Assembly (NCBI GenBank): GCA_050287085.1
Contig: JBNKBE010000005.1
Coordinates: forward strand, 128,001-192,000
Length of the DNA stretch: 64,000 nt
Direction of reading: 5' to 3'
From: Polyangiaceae bacterium
Lineage (GTDB): Bacteria > Myxococcota_A > Polyangia > Polyangiales > Polyangiaceae
Within the stretch, counting starts at the first letter, position 1. Every line of letters starts with the position of its first letter. The notes under the pieces are model-generated. The model saw nothing but the letters and a program-made list of their open reading frames with translations. It had not been told where the DNA came from and did no database searches. A program made the translations under genes and the position numbers. Below are positions 8,372 to 17,058 of the stretch, in pieces.

Positions 8372-10609
8372 CTAGCCTGTAGGAGGCTCTGTGGCTCGAA
8401 ACTGCAGCTGCCCGTCCACCTCGGCCAAAGTGAGCGTCGCCCCAGAAGCGTAGGCGCCCGAAAGCAGTGCCGTGGCGAGCGGATCTTGAACGCGTCGAAT
8501 CAAGACCCGCTGCAACGGACGAGCGCCTCGAGCCGGCTCGTAGCCCTCGGCGACGAGTCGAGCCTTGGCCGCCGGCTCGACCTCCAAACCAAGTCCGCTT
8601 GGCGCCAGCATGCGCCTGACGCGCGCCAGCTGGAGCTCGAAAATGGCTTCCAAGTCGCGACGAGTCAGCGGACGAAAAACGACAACATCACCGATTCGGT
8701 TCAAGAACTCGGGCCGAAAGAAGGCCCGCAGCTCCTGTTGCAAGGGCTCCCCGAGTTCATCTGTCTGCGCGTCGCCGTGTGCGGCGATCACCTCGGCACC
8801 CAGGTTGCTCGTCATGATCACCACGCAGTGGGTGAAGTCCACGGTGCGCCCGCGCCCGTCGGTCAAACGACCGTCGTCGAGCACTTGGAGCAGCAGATTA
8901 AACACGTCCTGATGAGCCTTCTCGACTTCGTCAAAGAGCAGAACTGAGTAGGGTCGACGACGCACGGCCTCGGTCAGAAACCCTCCAGCATCACTGCCCG
9001 CATAGCCTGGAGGCGCGCCGATCAGGCGCTGCGCCATATGGCGTTCCATGAACTCGCTCATGTCCAGGCGCGTGAGGGCCTGCTCGTCATCGAAGAGCAA
9101 TTCCGCGAGAGCCTTTGCAAGCTCCGTCTTGCCGACACCGCTCGTGCCGAGAAACAAGAAAGAACCAATAGGTCGGCCCGCATCACGCAGCCCGACGCGA
9201 CTGCGACGGATTGCGCGACAGACGGCCGCGACGGCGGGTCCCTGACCCACTACGCGCGCCGCGAGACGCGCGTCCATATTCTGCAGCTTGTCGGTCTCGC
9301 GCTCGAGCAAGCGAGTCGACGGCACGCCGCTCATCGTTGCAACCTCGTCGGCGACCGCTCCGGACGTGAGCGTCGGACCCTCGGTGTTGCTCTCGAGTCG
9401 CAACGCAGCAGCCGCGCGATCGAGGACGTCAATGGCCGATCGCGGTAGCTGTTGCGCAGCCAGAAACCGAGCCGCCAAAGTAGTCGCAAGCACGGCCGCA
9501 GAATCAGGGATCACAACCCTGTGGTGTGCGGCGAGCCGCGCGGCTGCGGCGACCACGACTTGCTGAGCTAGATCTGAAGACGGCGGCTCAATCTGCAGCA
9601 CCGTGAAGTGGTGCGTCATGGATCCTTGCTCCGCCACCAGGCTGCGCACCTCAGCCGGCGTAGTGGTCATCAATAGCCGCAGTTGGTGCCGCACCATCGC
9701 CGACAGCAATGGTTGCAGCAGCATGGGCCCCCCCCCATCGCTGTCCCACAGCCGGTGCGCTGAGGCCAGCACGAGCACGGTGGTCGATGCCGACGCATCG
9801 AGCCTCTCAAGCAAACGCTCAAATGCGATGCGTGCTTCAACTCGAGAACGCACGCTTCCGAGAAACTGGTCGACATCCAACTCAAGAAAGCGAAGCTCGC
9901 CGAGCCCAGGTCGCTGAGCTGCGTGTAAGACAACGCCCCGTACGATCGCGCGTCGTCCAACCCCCTCTTCTCCGACGAGCAAAGCACTGCTTTGCTCCTT
10001 TCGAGCCAGCGTCACGAGCACCTGACGAATCTCGCGTTCACGCCCGACCACCGCCTCCAGCTCACCGCGTCGAGCAAGCTCGCTGAGACCCGATAGCCAG
10101 GGCCCCAGTCGTGACGACTCCTGGCGGGGAGCGAGCGACCGCGGAACTGAGCGCAAAGCTGGCAGAAAACTCCGCAAAGACCCGGGTCCAAGCTGAAAAC
10201 GTCCCAGCACTCGTCTGATGTCCTTGGCTGGCGCGTCACACAACGCAATCAGCAGGTCCTCGACTTCGACGCGATGTGACGGTTTCGCGCCCGCCAGACG
10301 AGACGGCACCTGTACCCGATGAATCAGTTCTTGTAGTTCGCCCGAGAGGAAGGCTGGCCCATCGCTCCGAGGGAGCGCCCGCAGAGCTGTCTCACAGGCC
10401 AATAGGAGCTCGCTAGGATCGGCACCGGCGCGCCGAACAACCTCGACCACGCCCGCGTCACATTCGAGCGCGGCCGCTAGCAGATGAACCAGCGTGACCT
10501 CCGCACTGTGACGCTCATCGGCAAGCTGCTGCGCTCGAATCACCCAAACGCGAGCATCTGAGGCAAACGCTGTCAGCGGCATGACCTCGGAAGACAAAGC
10601 AGGGCTCAT
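8372..10609 (-). CDS. ClpB/ClpA-like AAA+ protein with Clp-N domain, degenerate first ATPase module and intact second module
   Basis: NBD2 has GTSGVGKT, RLDMSEFMERH, GAPPGY, LLFDEVEKAH, FRPEFLNRI, GARPL. NBD1 Walker A is GEEGVGRR and its Walker B has no DE. Start moved to ATG at 10609. Confidence 0.85.
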   Translation of the reverse strand: MSPALSSEVMPLTAFASDARVWVIRAQQLADERHSAEVTLVHLLAAALECDAGVVEVVRRAGADPSELLLACETALRALPRSDGPAFLSGELQELIHRVQVPSRLAGAKPSHRVEVEDLLIALCDAPAKDIRRVLGRFQLGPGSLRSFLPALRSVPRSLAPRQESSRLGPWLSGLSELARRGELEAVVGREREIRQVLVTLARKEQSSALLVGEEGVGRRAIVRGVVLHAAQRPGLGELRFLELDVDQFLGSVRSRVEARIAFERLLERLDASASTTVLVLASAHRLWDSDGGGPMLLQPLLSAMVRHQLRLLMTTTPAEVRSLVAEQGSMTHHFTVLQIEPPSSDLAQQVVVAAAARLAAHHRVVIPDSAAVLATTLAARFLAAQQLPRSAIDVLDRAAAALRLESNTEGPTLTSGAVADEVATMSGVPSTRLLERETDKLQNMDARLAARVVGQGPAVAAVCRAIRRSRVGLRDAGRPIGSFLFLGTSGVGKTELAKALAELLFDDEQALTRLDMSEFMERHMAQRLIGAPPGYAGSDAGGFLTEAVRRRPYSVLLFDEVEKAHQDVFNLLLQVLDDGRLTDGRGRTVDFTHCVVIMTSNLGAEVIAAHGDAQTDELGEPLQQELRAFFRPEFLNRIGDVVVFRPLTRRDLEAIFELQLARVRRMLAPSGLGLEVEPAAKARLVAEGYEPARGARPLQRVLIRRVQDPLATALLSGAYASGATLTLAEVDGQLQFRATEPPTG

Positions 10610-10771
10610 CACGAGGACGCTACCCCTTCGCAACTGGCGTCGCAAGCTCTCGGTCGAGCCCCGTCTCGGCCCACCTGGACCTCTGCCTGCGGCGCGAGCA
10701 CGCAGTCGCACAACGCGAAAAGCCCCTCGGTGAGGAGAGGCTCGTCGCTTCATCGGACAGCGAGAAGGCTT

Positions 10772-11080
10772 CTAGGGCTTGGCGTTGCCGGGCGCTTGAG
10801 CGCCTTCAGGTGCCGCCAATTCCTGTTCGAGTTTCGCAATCTCGTCCTCGAGATTCTCTTCGGTGATCTCGCGCTCGAACTGCTCCTCGAAATCTTCCTG
10901 CGTTCGCGTCGTGCGGGCGAGACGCTGCACAGGATCCTGCTCCTTGACCTGCTTCTTGGGCTCTGCAGAAGCCGTGGTCGCCGGCTTCGGCTCCGCGCTC
11001 TTGGTTTCCTGCTTCTTCTCGGCGTTGTTACAGGCCGCAACCAGCAGCCCCAACACCAGCCAACAACTGAGCTTTCCCAT
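10772..11080 (-). CDS. Small charged lipoprotein of unknown function
   Basis: Signal peptide with lipobox VAAC; acidic helical C-terminal part; lies directly downstream of the co-oriented upstream gene. Confidence 0.7.
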   Translation of the reverse strand: MGKLSCWLVLGLLVAACNNAEKKQETKSAEPKPATTASAEPKKQVKEQDPVQRLARTTRTQEDFEEQFEREITEENLEDEIAKLEQELAAPEGAQAPGNAKP

Positions 11081-11085
11081 GATCT

Positions 11086-11973
11086 TTATTCTCCCTCACG
11101 TCCGCTAACGGGTGCAGTGGGCGCGGCCGTTTCGCCGGCTGAAGGCGGCTTCGTCGCCGCTTGGGGTGTGCGCTCCTGTTTTTCATCCGCGCGGGCCATG
11201 GCCGCCTGGTGGCGAGCGTTTTCTTTCTCCTCGAGCTTGTCGATGCGGGCTAGCAGCTTGACGTTTTCAGTCTCCTCCGCCAGTTGCCGCATGCGGTCCA
11301 GCTTTGCCGCCCGCTTTGCATGGCGAAGCAGTTCACTCCGAAACTGCGTCCGGGCGATACGCCCCCCGTACTGCTCGTGGAGCTTCTTGACGCGCTCGAG
11401 CTTTCGTTCCCGGCGAGCCTTTCGCCAAGCTTGGCGTCTTCGCGGATCGCTGATCCGCTCCGCGCGCGCCTCGACGCGGGTTGCGTATGCGTCCAGCTTG
11501 TCTGCCTCGTCGGTCTTGCCCTGCTTGCGAAGCTGCTCAGCGCGCTTCTTCAGCGCCTCGTGGCGCTTCTTGACGTTCGCTAGACGAGCCTGTTTCTGCT
11601 CCTCGCGCTTCTGCCGAAGCTCAGCCTGCTTCTTCCTCAGCTCCTCGCGCTTGGCCGGGTCCAATGCGCCGGGACGCAACGGGAACCGACCCATTGGGCC
11701 GTGAGGGTTTGTCGCGCTGTCTCCTGGAGCTGCGCGGCGCAAGCCCGGGGGGAGTGGCTTATTGGTCGCCCCATTCGCGGGCGCATGCGACGGCGGTCCC
11801 TTGGCGCCGGTCGCGGGTCCGCCGGGATTCGGCTTGGCGCCCGGCCCGGGTTGAGCCTTCGTCGCCTTGGGTCCCGCCCCGGGTGGTGGAGCCCCTTGCC
11901 CAGGCTGCGCCGCACTCTCCAGCGCCACAGTCACTCCCAGCAGAACGACTAGTGTTGTAATTGCTTTCTTCAT
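11086..11973 (-). CDS. Secreted Pro-rich / basic coiled-coil protein of unknown function
   Basis: MKKAITTLVVLLGVTVALESAA signal peptide, Pro/Gly linker, long K/R/E/Q helix. Start set at ATG 11973. Confidence 0.7.
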   Translation of the reverse strand: MKKAITTLVVLLGVTVALESAAQPGQGAPPPGAGPKATKAQPGPGAKPNPGGPATGAKGPPSHAPANGATNKPLPPGLRRAAPGDSATNPHGPMGRFPLRPGALDPAKREELRKKQAELRQKREEQKQARLANVKKRHEALKKRAEQLRKQGKTDEADKLDAYATRVEARAERISDPRRRQAWRKARRERKLERVKKLHEQYGGRIARTQFRSELLRHAKRAAKLDRMRQLAEETENVKLLARIDKLEEKENARHQAAMARADEKQERTPQAATKPPSAGETAAPTAPVSGREGE

Positions 11974-12280
11974 TGCCTTCCTCGCTAATGCCGCAACAAC
12001 GACGCGGATGCGCAGTCCTGAGCCGCGCGCGGAGACTCTAGAGCGTCGAGACCACAAATGGAAGGCTCAGCACAACGCCCAACCCGCGGCCGGCCTCGTA
12101 CACCTCCTGCCTTGTGCTAGGCTCAAGCGGCTCAATTCCGGTGTGTGGGTGCTTGTGCGCTCGTCTTTACCGAAAGGCGACGTGATGGGGAAAGCGTGAC
12201 GTGCGGCGAGCGGGTGTCGGGGTTGGTTCGCGGCGCAAAAACCCTCACATTCAAGCTCCCACGGTACTAGTCTGCTGCAA

Positions 12281-13243
12281 GTGTACCTGGGTGACCTTCC
12301 AAACTGGTTCGTGCTCTGCTTCGGCGTGATACTCGGCCTGCTCTTTGGCAGCTTCCTGAATGTAGTCATCCATCGTTTGCCGCGAGGACAGAACATCGCC
12401 TATCCGCCCTCGACCTGCCCCGCGTGCGGCGCGCACATTGCACCCTACGACAACATTCCGGTCATAAGTTGGCTCCTGCTACGAGGCAAAGCCCGCTGCT
12501 GCGGCACGCGCATCAACGCTCGCTATCCTGCGGTGGAAATGCTCGGGGGTCTGCTGGCTGCCGCTATCCTGCATCTACTGGTACTACCGCTAGGCGACAC
12601 TACCCCTGTCGCCGTAGCGCTCGGCTGGTTCGCCCTCTACCTGACGCTGAGCTTGGCGCTGCTCGCGGCGTTGTTCATCGATCTCGAGTTCATGATCCTG
12701 CCGGATACGCTCACGTTGGGGGGCGCGGCCCTGGGTCTATTCTCCTTGCCCTTCCGAGATATCGACGTCACTGACGCCGTCGTCGGCGGCCTGCTCGGCT
12801 ACGGCTTGGTCTGGGGTGTCTTTCACCACGGCTATCGACTGCTTCGCGGCCAAGCTGGCATGGGCCTTGGAGACGCCAAGCTGTTGCTGCTCACCGGCGT
12901 GTGGTTCGGCTGGCAAGGAGTGCTTTTTGCACTTGCCGCAGGTTCCGTTCAGGGAACGCTTATCGCGATTGTCGTCTTCATGGCCCAGGGTAAGCTGGAG
13001 GAACCCGAAGCTGTCGCTCAGGAGCGCGAGGAGTTGCAGCGCACGCTGGAGACCCTTGATGAAGAAGCACGCCGACAAGTTCTGGCCGAGCTCGAAGACG
13101 ACTTGCTCGCGCACCCTCCGAGCGAAGGCCTCGCAGGGGCGCGCATCGCCTTCGGACCGTTCTTGATCTTGGCTACACTGGAGTTCATGCTGTTTTCTGA
13201 TCGACTCGCGGCCCTCTATTACGACTGGTTTCTTGTCACGTGA
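12281..13243 (+). CDS. pilD: Prepilin peptidase / N-methyltransferase (A24)
   Basis: GSFLNVVIHRLP, CPAC...CC zinc site, DNIP..SW..L.G, FIDLE..ILPD and GMGLGDAKL catalytic Asp motifs, FGPFL. Confidence 0.93.
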   Translation: MYLGDLPNWFVLCFGVILGLLFGSFLNVVIHRLPRGQNIAYPPSTCPACGAHIAPYDNIPVISWLLLRGKARCCGTRINARYPAVEMLGGLLAAAILHLLVLPLGDTTPVAVALGWFALYLTLSLALLAALFIDLEFMILPDTLTLGGAALGLFSLPFRDIDVTDAVVGGLLGYGLVWGVFHHGYRLLRGQAGMGLGDAKLLLLTGVWFGWQGVLFALAAGSVQGTLIAIVVFMAQGKLEEPEAVAQEREELQRTLETLDEEARRQVLAELEDDLLAHPPSEGLAGARIAFGPFLILATLEFMLFSDRLAALYYDWFLVT

Positions 13244-13725
13244 AAGACGCTCGCCCCCCTGGCGGACAGTCCTCGGGCAACGGGCGAGCCCTCCACCGCT
13301 TCAGCCTGAGCTCCCTCTGCTGGATCGCTTCAGCCTGCGCGCATTCTGTGCCTTCTTTGCCCCTGAGACCCCACCCTGCTTCATCTCCGCTCGCGCCCAG
13401 GGCGGTTTTGCACCCACCTCCAAACGCGAGAATAGAAGAGGTCCCGCCCGCGCCGGATCCGAGCTGCGTTTGGTCCGACGGGTACTGGCGCTACGGACGC
13501 TCAGATTGGCAATGGCAATCCGGAACCTGGGTCCATCCAAACACTTGCTACCGCTCGAATACCAGTTGGGTATGGGTGGCCAGTGCCCAGTCGGAGGGGG
13601 CGCTATTTGCGCTGCCCACCGCGTGGTACGACACGGAAACGGACAAACTATGTCCGCCCCCACTCCCCTGCGAAAAAGCGCCCGCAGCCGACGTATCAGC
13701 GTCGCCGGCCCGCCAAGACAACTGA
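13240..13725 (+). CDS. Putative lipoprotein with YXWGXW-like Trp-rich repeat
   Basis: GTGA overlap with the pilD stop; lipobox-like ASAC; VWSDGYWRY..WQWQSGTW. Confidence 0.6.
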   Translation: MKDARPPGGQSSGNGRALHRFSLSSLCWIASACAHSVPSLPLRPHPASSPLAPRAVLHPPPNARIEEVPPAPDPSCVWSDGYWRYGRSDWQWQSGTWVHPNTCYRSNTSWVWVASAQSEGALFALPTAWYDTETDKLCPPPLPCEKAPAADVSASPARQDN

Positions 13726-13783
13726 GCTGAGGACAACAGCAGACTTGAACCGCGGCGGGCGAGCGTCGTAAAGCGCCTGCGGT

Positions 13784-14659
13784 ATGAATGAGCCCAGCGG
13801 CGTTCCGTGGACTACACGCCAGGTCATCACCTGGGCGGCCGACGACTTTCGGACGCGTGGTATCGACAGCCCCAGGCTGGAAGCGGAATTGCTGCTCTGC
13901 CACGTGTTGCGCGTCGACCGTATTCGTCTTGTCGTGGAGCCCGAGCGACCGCTGACGCCCGAAGAACTCAGCGCATATCGCTCGCTCATCTTGCGCCGGA
14001 GGGAACGAGAGCCGATCGCGTACCTGCTGGGCAGAAAGGAGTTCTACGGCTATCCATTCTTGGTCGACAGCCGGGTACTCGTGCCACGGCCCGAAACCGA
14101 GGTTCTGGTGGAGGTCGTGCTCGAGCGGACGCAGGGCGCGGCCAGCTATGGAAGACTACTCGACCTGTGCACGGGAAGCGGCTGCATCGCACTGGCCTTT
14201 AGCAAACAGCGCCCTACGTGGGCCATCACTGCCACCGACCTCAGTCCGGATGCGCTGGCCGTCGCGACTGAAAATGCGCTGCGACTCGGGTGCGCATCAA
14301 CGCTAGAGTTACTCTCCGGGGACCTCTACGCGCCACTCGCCAGTGACCAGCGCTTCGATGTCATCGTCAGCAATCCGCCGTATATCGCCCGTCCTGAAAT
14401 ACCAACCCTCATGCAGGACGTGCGCGACTACGAGCCTCATAGCGCGCTGGATGGCGGCCCCGACGGCCTCGAGCTGCTCCGGCGAATCGTTAAGCAGGCA
14501 CCATCTCGCTTGAACGATGGCGGGTTGTTAGCTCTCGAAGTGGGACACGACCAGGCTCAGCGAGTAGCCAGCGGGCTTGGGAAATCTGGGTTCAATTCCG
14601 TGGAGGTCCGGCGTGACTTCTCCGGCATCGAGCGCATAGTAAGCGCTCGAAAAGCGTGA
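13784..14659 (+). CDS. prmC: Peptide chain release factor N5-glutamine methyltransferase
   Basis: SPRLEAELLL, REPIAYLLG.KEFY, LVPRPETE, DLCTGSGCIA, SNPPY, EP..ALDGG.DGL. Confidence 0.95.
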   Translation: MNEPSGVPWTTRQVITWAADDFRTRGIDSPRLEAELLLCHVLRVDRIRLVVEPERPLTPEELSAYRSLILRRREREPIAYLLGRKEFYGYPFLVDSRVLVPRPETEVLVEVVLERTQGAASYGRLLDLCTGSGCIALAFSKQRPTWAITATDLSPDALAVATENALRLGCASTLELLSGDLYAPLASDQRFDVIVSNPPYIARPEIPTLMQDVRDYEPHSALDGGPDGLELLRRIVKQAPSRLNDGGLLALEVGHDQAQRVASGLGKSGFNSVEVRRDFSGIERIVSARKA

Positions 14660-14742
14660 GTCGCCACGGGCTGTATCCTGTCGGCGCGAGTCTAGCACCC
14701 AGGCTCACCAAGGCGGCTACCTCGCTCCCGCAGCGCCTCCCG

Positions 14743-15819
14743 TTACGTCAGCCACCGGCGTCGCATGCGTGCAAACGGACGCTCAATGTAGCGGTGCATA
14801 CCGGACGCGACGCCATAAGATGCAGCAGCCGCCAGCGCTTTTCCAGCAATACCAAGGGTGGGAAATAGCGTTTCAGACACTGCAAGCAACCACGTATGAC
14901 TCAGATACAACGAGTAGGATAGGATACCCACCCGCATCAGCGGGCGCGAGTTGAGCATACGAAACGGCCACCACTCGGGATAGCGTATGGCACATACGAA
15001 GAGCGGGATTAGCGCGACGCCTTGAACGGTGTAGCGGACCGTATGACGAAAGAATTCGTCGCGAATCAGGAAGGTCATCAACAACGCCGCCACTCCCATT
15101 GGCAAGAGCAGCCAGCGCCAACAACGATCCGAGAAACGACTCTCGTCCAGTACCGGGTTCTCCCAAAGCGCGAGAATGCACCCGAAGAGAATCGAGTCGT
15201 AGCGCGTATGAGTTGCGGTAGCGATGGCGTGATATGGATCTTCCCCGATGCCCAACATGAGCGCACGAACGCCGGGCCCGAGCACACACAACGCCACGAG
15301 GATCAAGGTGCGCCGCCCTCGAGATCGGGTGAGGGCGTGAATCGCCATGAAGATCCAGGGAAAGATCAGGTAGAAATGCTCTTCGACCGCCAGAGACCAG
15401 TAGGGTCCTGTCCCACTCGTCATCGGATACTCCGGAAAGAATATCAGATGATAGTTGGTGTAGTGCAGAAGGACCGAAATCGCTCCCTGAACCGAGCCCC
15501 GACTATTCAGCCCAAACCAGCTCGTCACGGTTGCAGCAACGAGGATCAGATAGGCCGGGGGCAGGATCCGGAACGCCCTCCGAACGTAGAAGTTGCGAAG
15601 CGATATCCGCCCGTATCTCGAGTGCTCCCGCCGGAGCAACGTCGTGATCAAGTAGCCAGAGAGAAAAAAGAAGGCCGTTACCCCGAACTGCGCTGGGACA
15701 TACTTACTGAGCCCGGCGTGGGCCATAAACACGAGGCCAAAGGCCAGCGAGCGAATTCCGTCTAGCGACGGAATTGTGAAGGATCCATGGGCTTGACTCG
15801 CTGTCTCGGTCCGGCTCAT
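14743..15819 (-). CDS. Acyltransferase family 3 (OafA/YrhL-like) integral membrane O-acyltransferase
   Basis: LDGIR..A...V...H, FF.LSGYLIT, FY.RR..RILP, WSLAVEEHFY, SYSLYL.H, IERP. Start moved to ATG at 15819. Confidence 0.9.
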   Translation of the reverse strand: MSRTETASQAHGSFTIPSLDGIRSLAFGLVFMAHAGLSKYVPAQFGVTAFFFLSGYLITTLLRREHSRYGRISLRNFYVRRAFRILPPAYLILVAATVTSWFGLNSRGSVQGAISVLLHYTNYHLIFFPEYPMTSGTGPYWSLAVEEHFYLIFPWIFMAIHALTRSRGRRTLILVALCVLGPGVRALMLGIGEDPYHAIATATHTRYDSILFGCILALWENPVLDESRFSDRCWRWLLLPMGVAALLMTFLIRDEFFRHTVRYTVQGVALIPLFVCAIRYPEWWPFRMLNSRPLMRVGILSYSLYLSHTWLLAVSETLFPTLGIAGKALAAAASYGVASGMHRYIERPFARMRRRWLT

Positions 15820-16378
15820 CGGCGTCTCGGGGCGGGAGACGCTAGCACAGTGCACAAGCCTGAATCGCCCCCTATCGTTCTCCTCGAGACACCGCTTCCG
15901 GCCCTCGTGCCGTCTGCACCTGTCATGATGTGGGACAGACGCCCCCCTCGCCAAACCAACACACTGGTTTTCGGACGCTGGAATGCACACGAATCGCTGC
16001 CCGCACCACAGGGCGCGTTAAGCCATCTCCTCCATTCGATGCTCTCCGGCCTCCCGAGACGGAGAGCTGCAACCCCGGAGTAACAGAGGCGGGAGCACCG
16101 TCCGTTTCGGGGCTCCTTCCCCGTTCCCCGCCCAGCGACGTGCGCGCCCCAGACCGTTATCCGCTACCACTAGTACAGACCTGTCATTGCTGCGGAGCAA
16201 ACCCCTAGGCAACTACGCCCTGGGCAAAATATCCCGGCTGCTGGCCCGCCGAGTTGGACGCCGCTGTGTTCCGCTGCGGTGCGATCGGGGCAAGCGTTGC
16301 GCGATCGCCATCGAACGCAGGGGCAGGGGTGTGGTACTGCACGCCACTATCTTCCGGGAGCACACACGGGTGAGAAAC

Positions 16379-16981
16379 ATGAAAAAGCAGCGACTCGTGA
16401 CTGCACTAGGCGTTCTCGCCGCTCTCATTGCCCTGGGCGCCACCGCGGCGGTGCGCACTACCACGCGCCCCCCATCGCAGGCCTCAGCCGCCGGATCCGG
16501 CTTGGTAGATCAGCGAGGGTCGCCCTTCGCACTGGACCAACTGCGCGGCAAGACCGTGGTGCTGAACTTCATCTTCACTCACTGCCCCGGCATCTGCCCC
16601 ACCCAGACCGCCGCATTGCACCGAGTTCAGCAAGGTCTACCCGATGCGGTGCGTGCTCGCGTTCATTTCACCTCCGTTTCGATCGATCCCGAACGCGATA
16701 CGCCGGCCGCATTGATGGCCTTCGCGCAGCAGCACCGGCTCGATCTCGATCACTGGACCTTTGTGACCGGAACGCGTCAAGAGCTGGCCGCTCTAGCGCA
16801 GCTCTACTCGGCGGAAGCGCTAGCACCGGGGGCCGATCCCCTCGGGCATCGCTCCGAGGTCCGCGTGTTGGACGCTGAGGGACGTCTAGTACAGACCTAC
16901 ACCGGTGTTCCGCTCGACGAGACGCGGCTCACTCGAGAGCTCCAAACGGTAGACCGTCTGTTTACCAAACACGCTGACTGA
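16379..16981 (+). CDS. SCO1/SenC-family copper chaperone
   Basis: FIFTHCPGICP (CxxxC), SIDPERDTP, conserved His in LGHRS; signal/anchor after MKKQR. Confidence 0.9.
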   Translation: MKKQRLVTALGVLAALIALGATAAVRTTTRPPSQASAAGSGLVDQRGSPFALDQLRGKTVVLNFIFTHCPGICPTQTAALHRVQQGLPDAVRARVHFTSVSIDPERDTPAALMAFAQQHRLDLDHWTFVTGTRQELAALAQLYSAEALAPGADPLGHRSEVRVLDAEGRLVQTYTGVPLDETRLTRELQTVDRLFTKHAD

Positions 16982-17058
16982 AGGCTCCGCCTATCGTTCG
17001 AGAGTCTGTGGCAACCCGCCGTGGACTCCCTACCCACCGGCAATACGAAAAACCATAC

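Noticed and set aside
8372..10609. Possible ClpV/TssH of a type VI secretion system
   Set aside because: No T6SS genes in the window, and NBD2 looks ClpB-like (RLIGAPPGY).
10730..11704. 324-aa + strand ORF
   Set aside because: Antisense to two genes with clear signal peptides; its composition is a low-complexity shadow.
16190..16240. GCAAACC...GCAA...GCAAAA segment resembling a c-di-GMP-I (GEMM) riboswitch upstream of sco
   Set aside because: The P2 stem and the GACGCAAAGC...GGTCTAA elements do not match the consensus.
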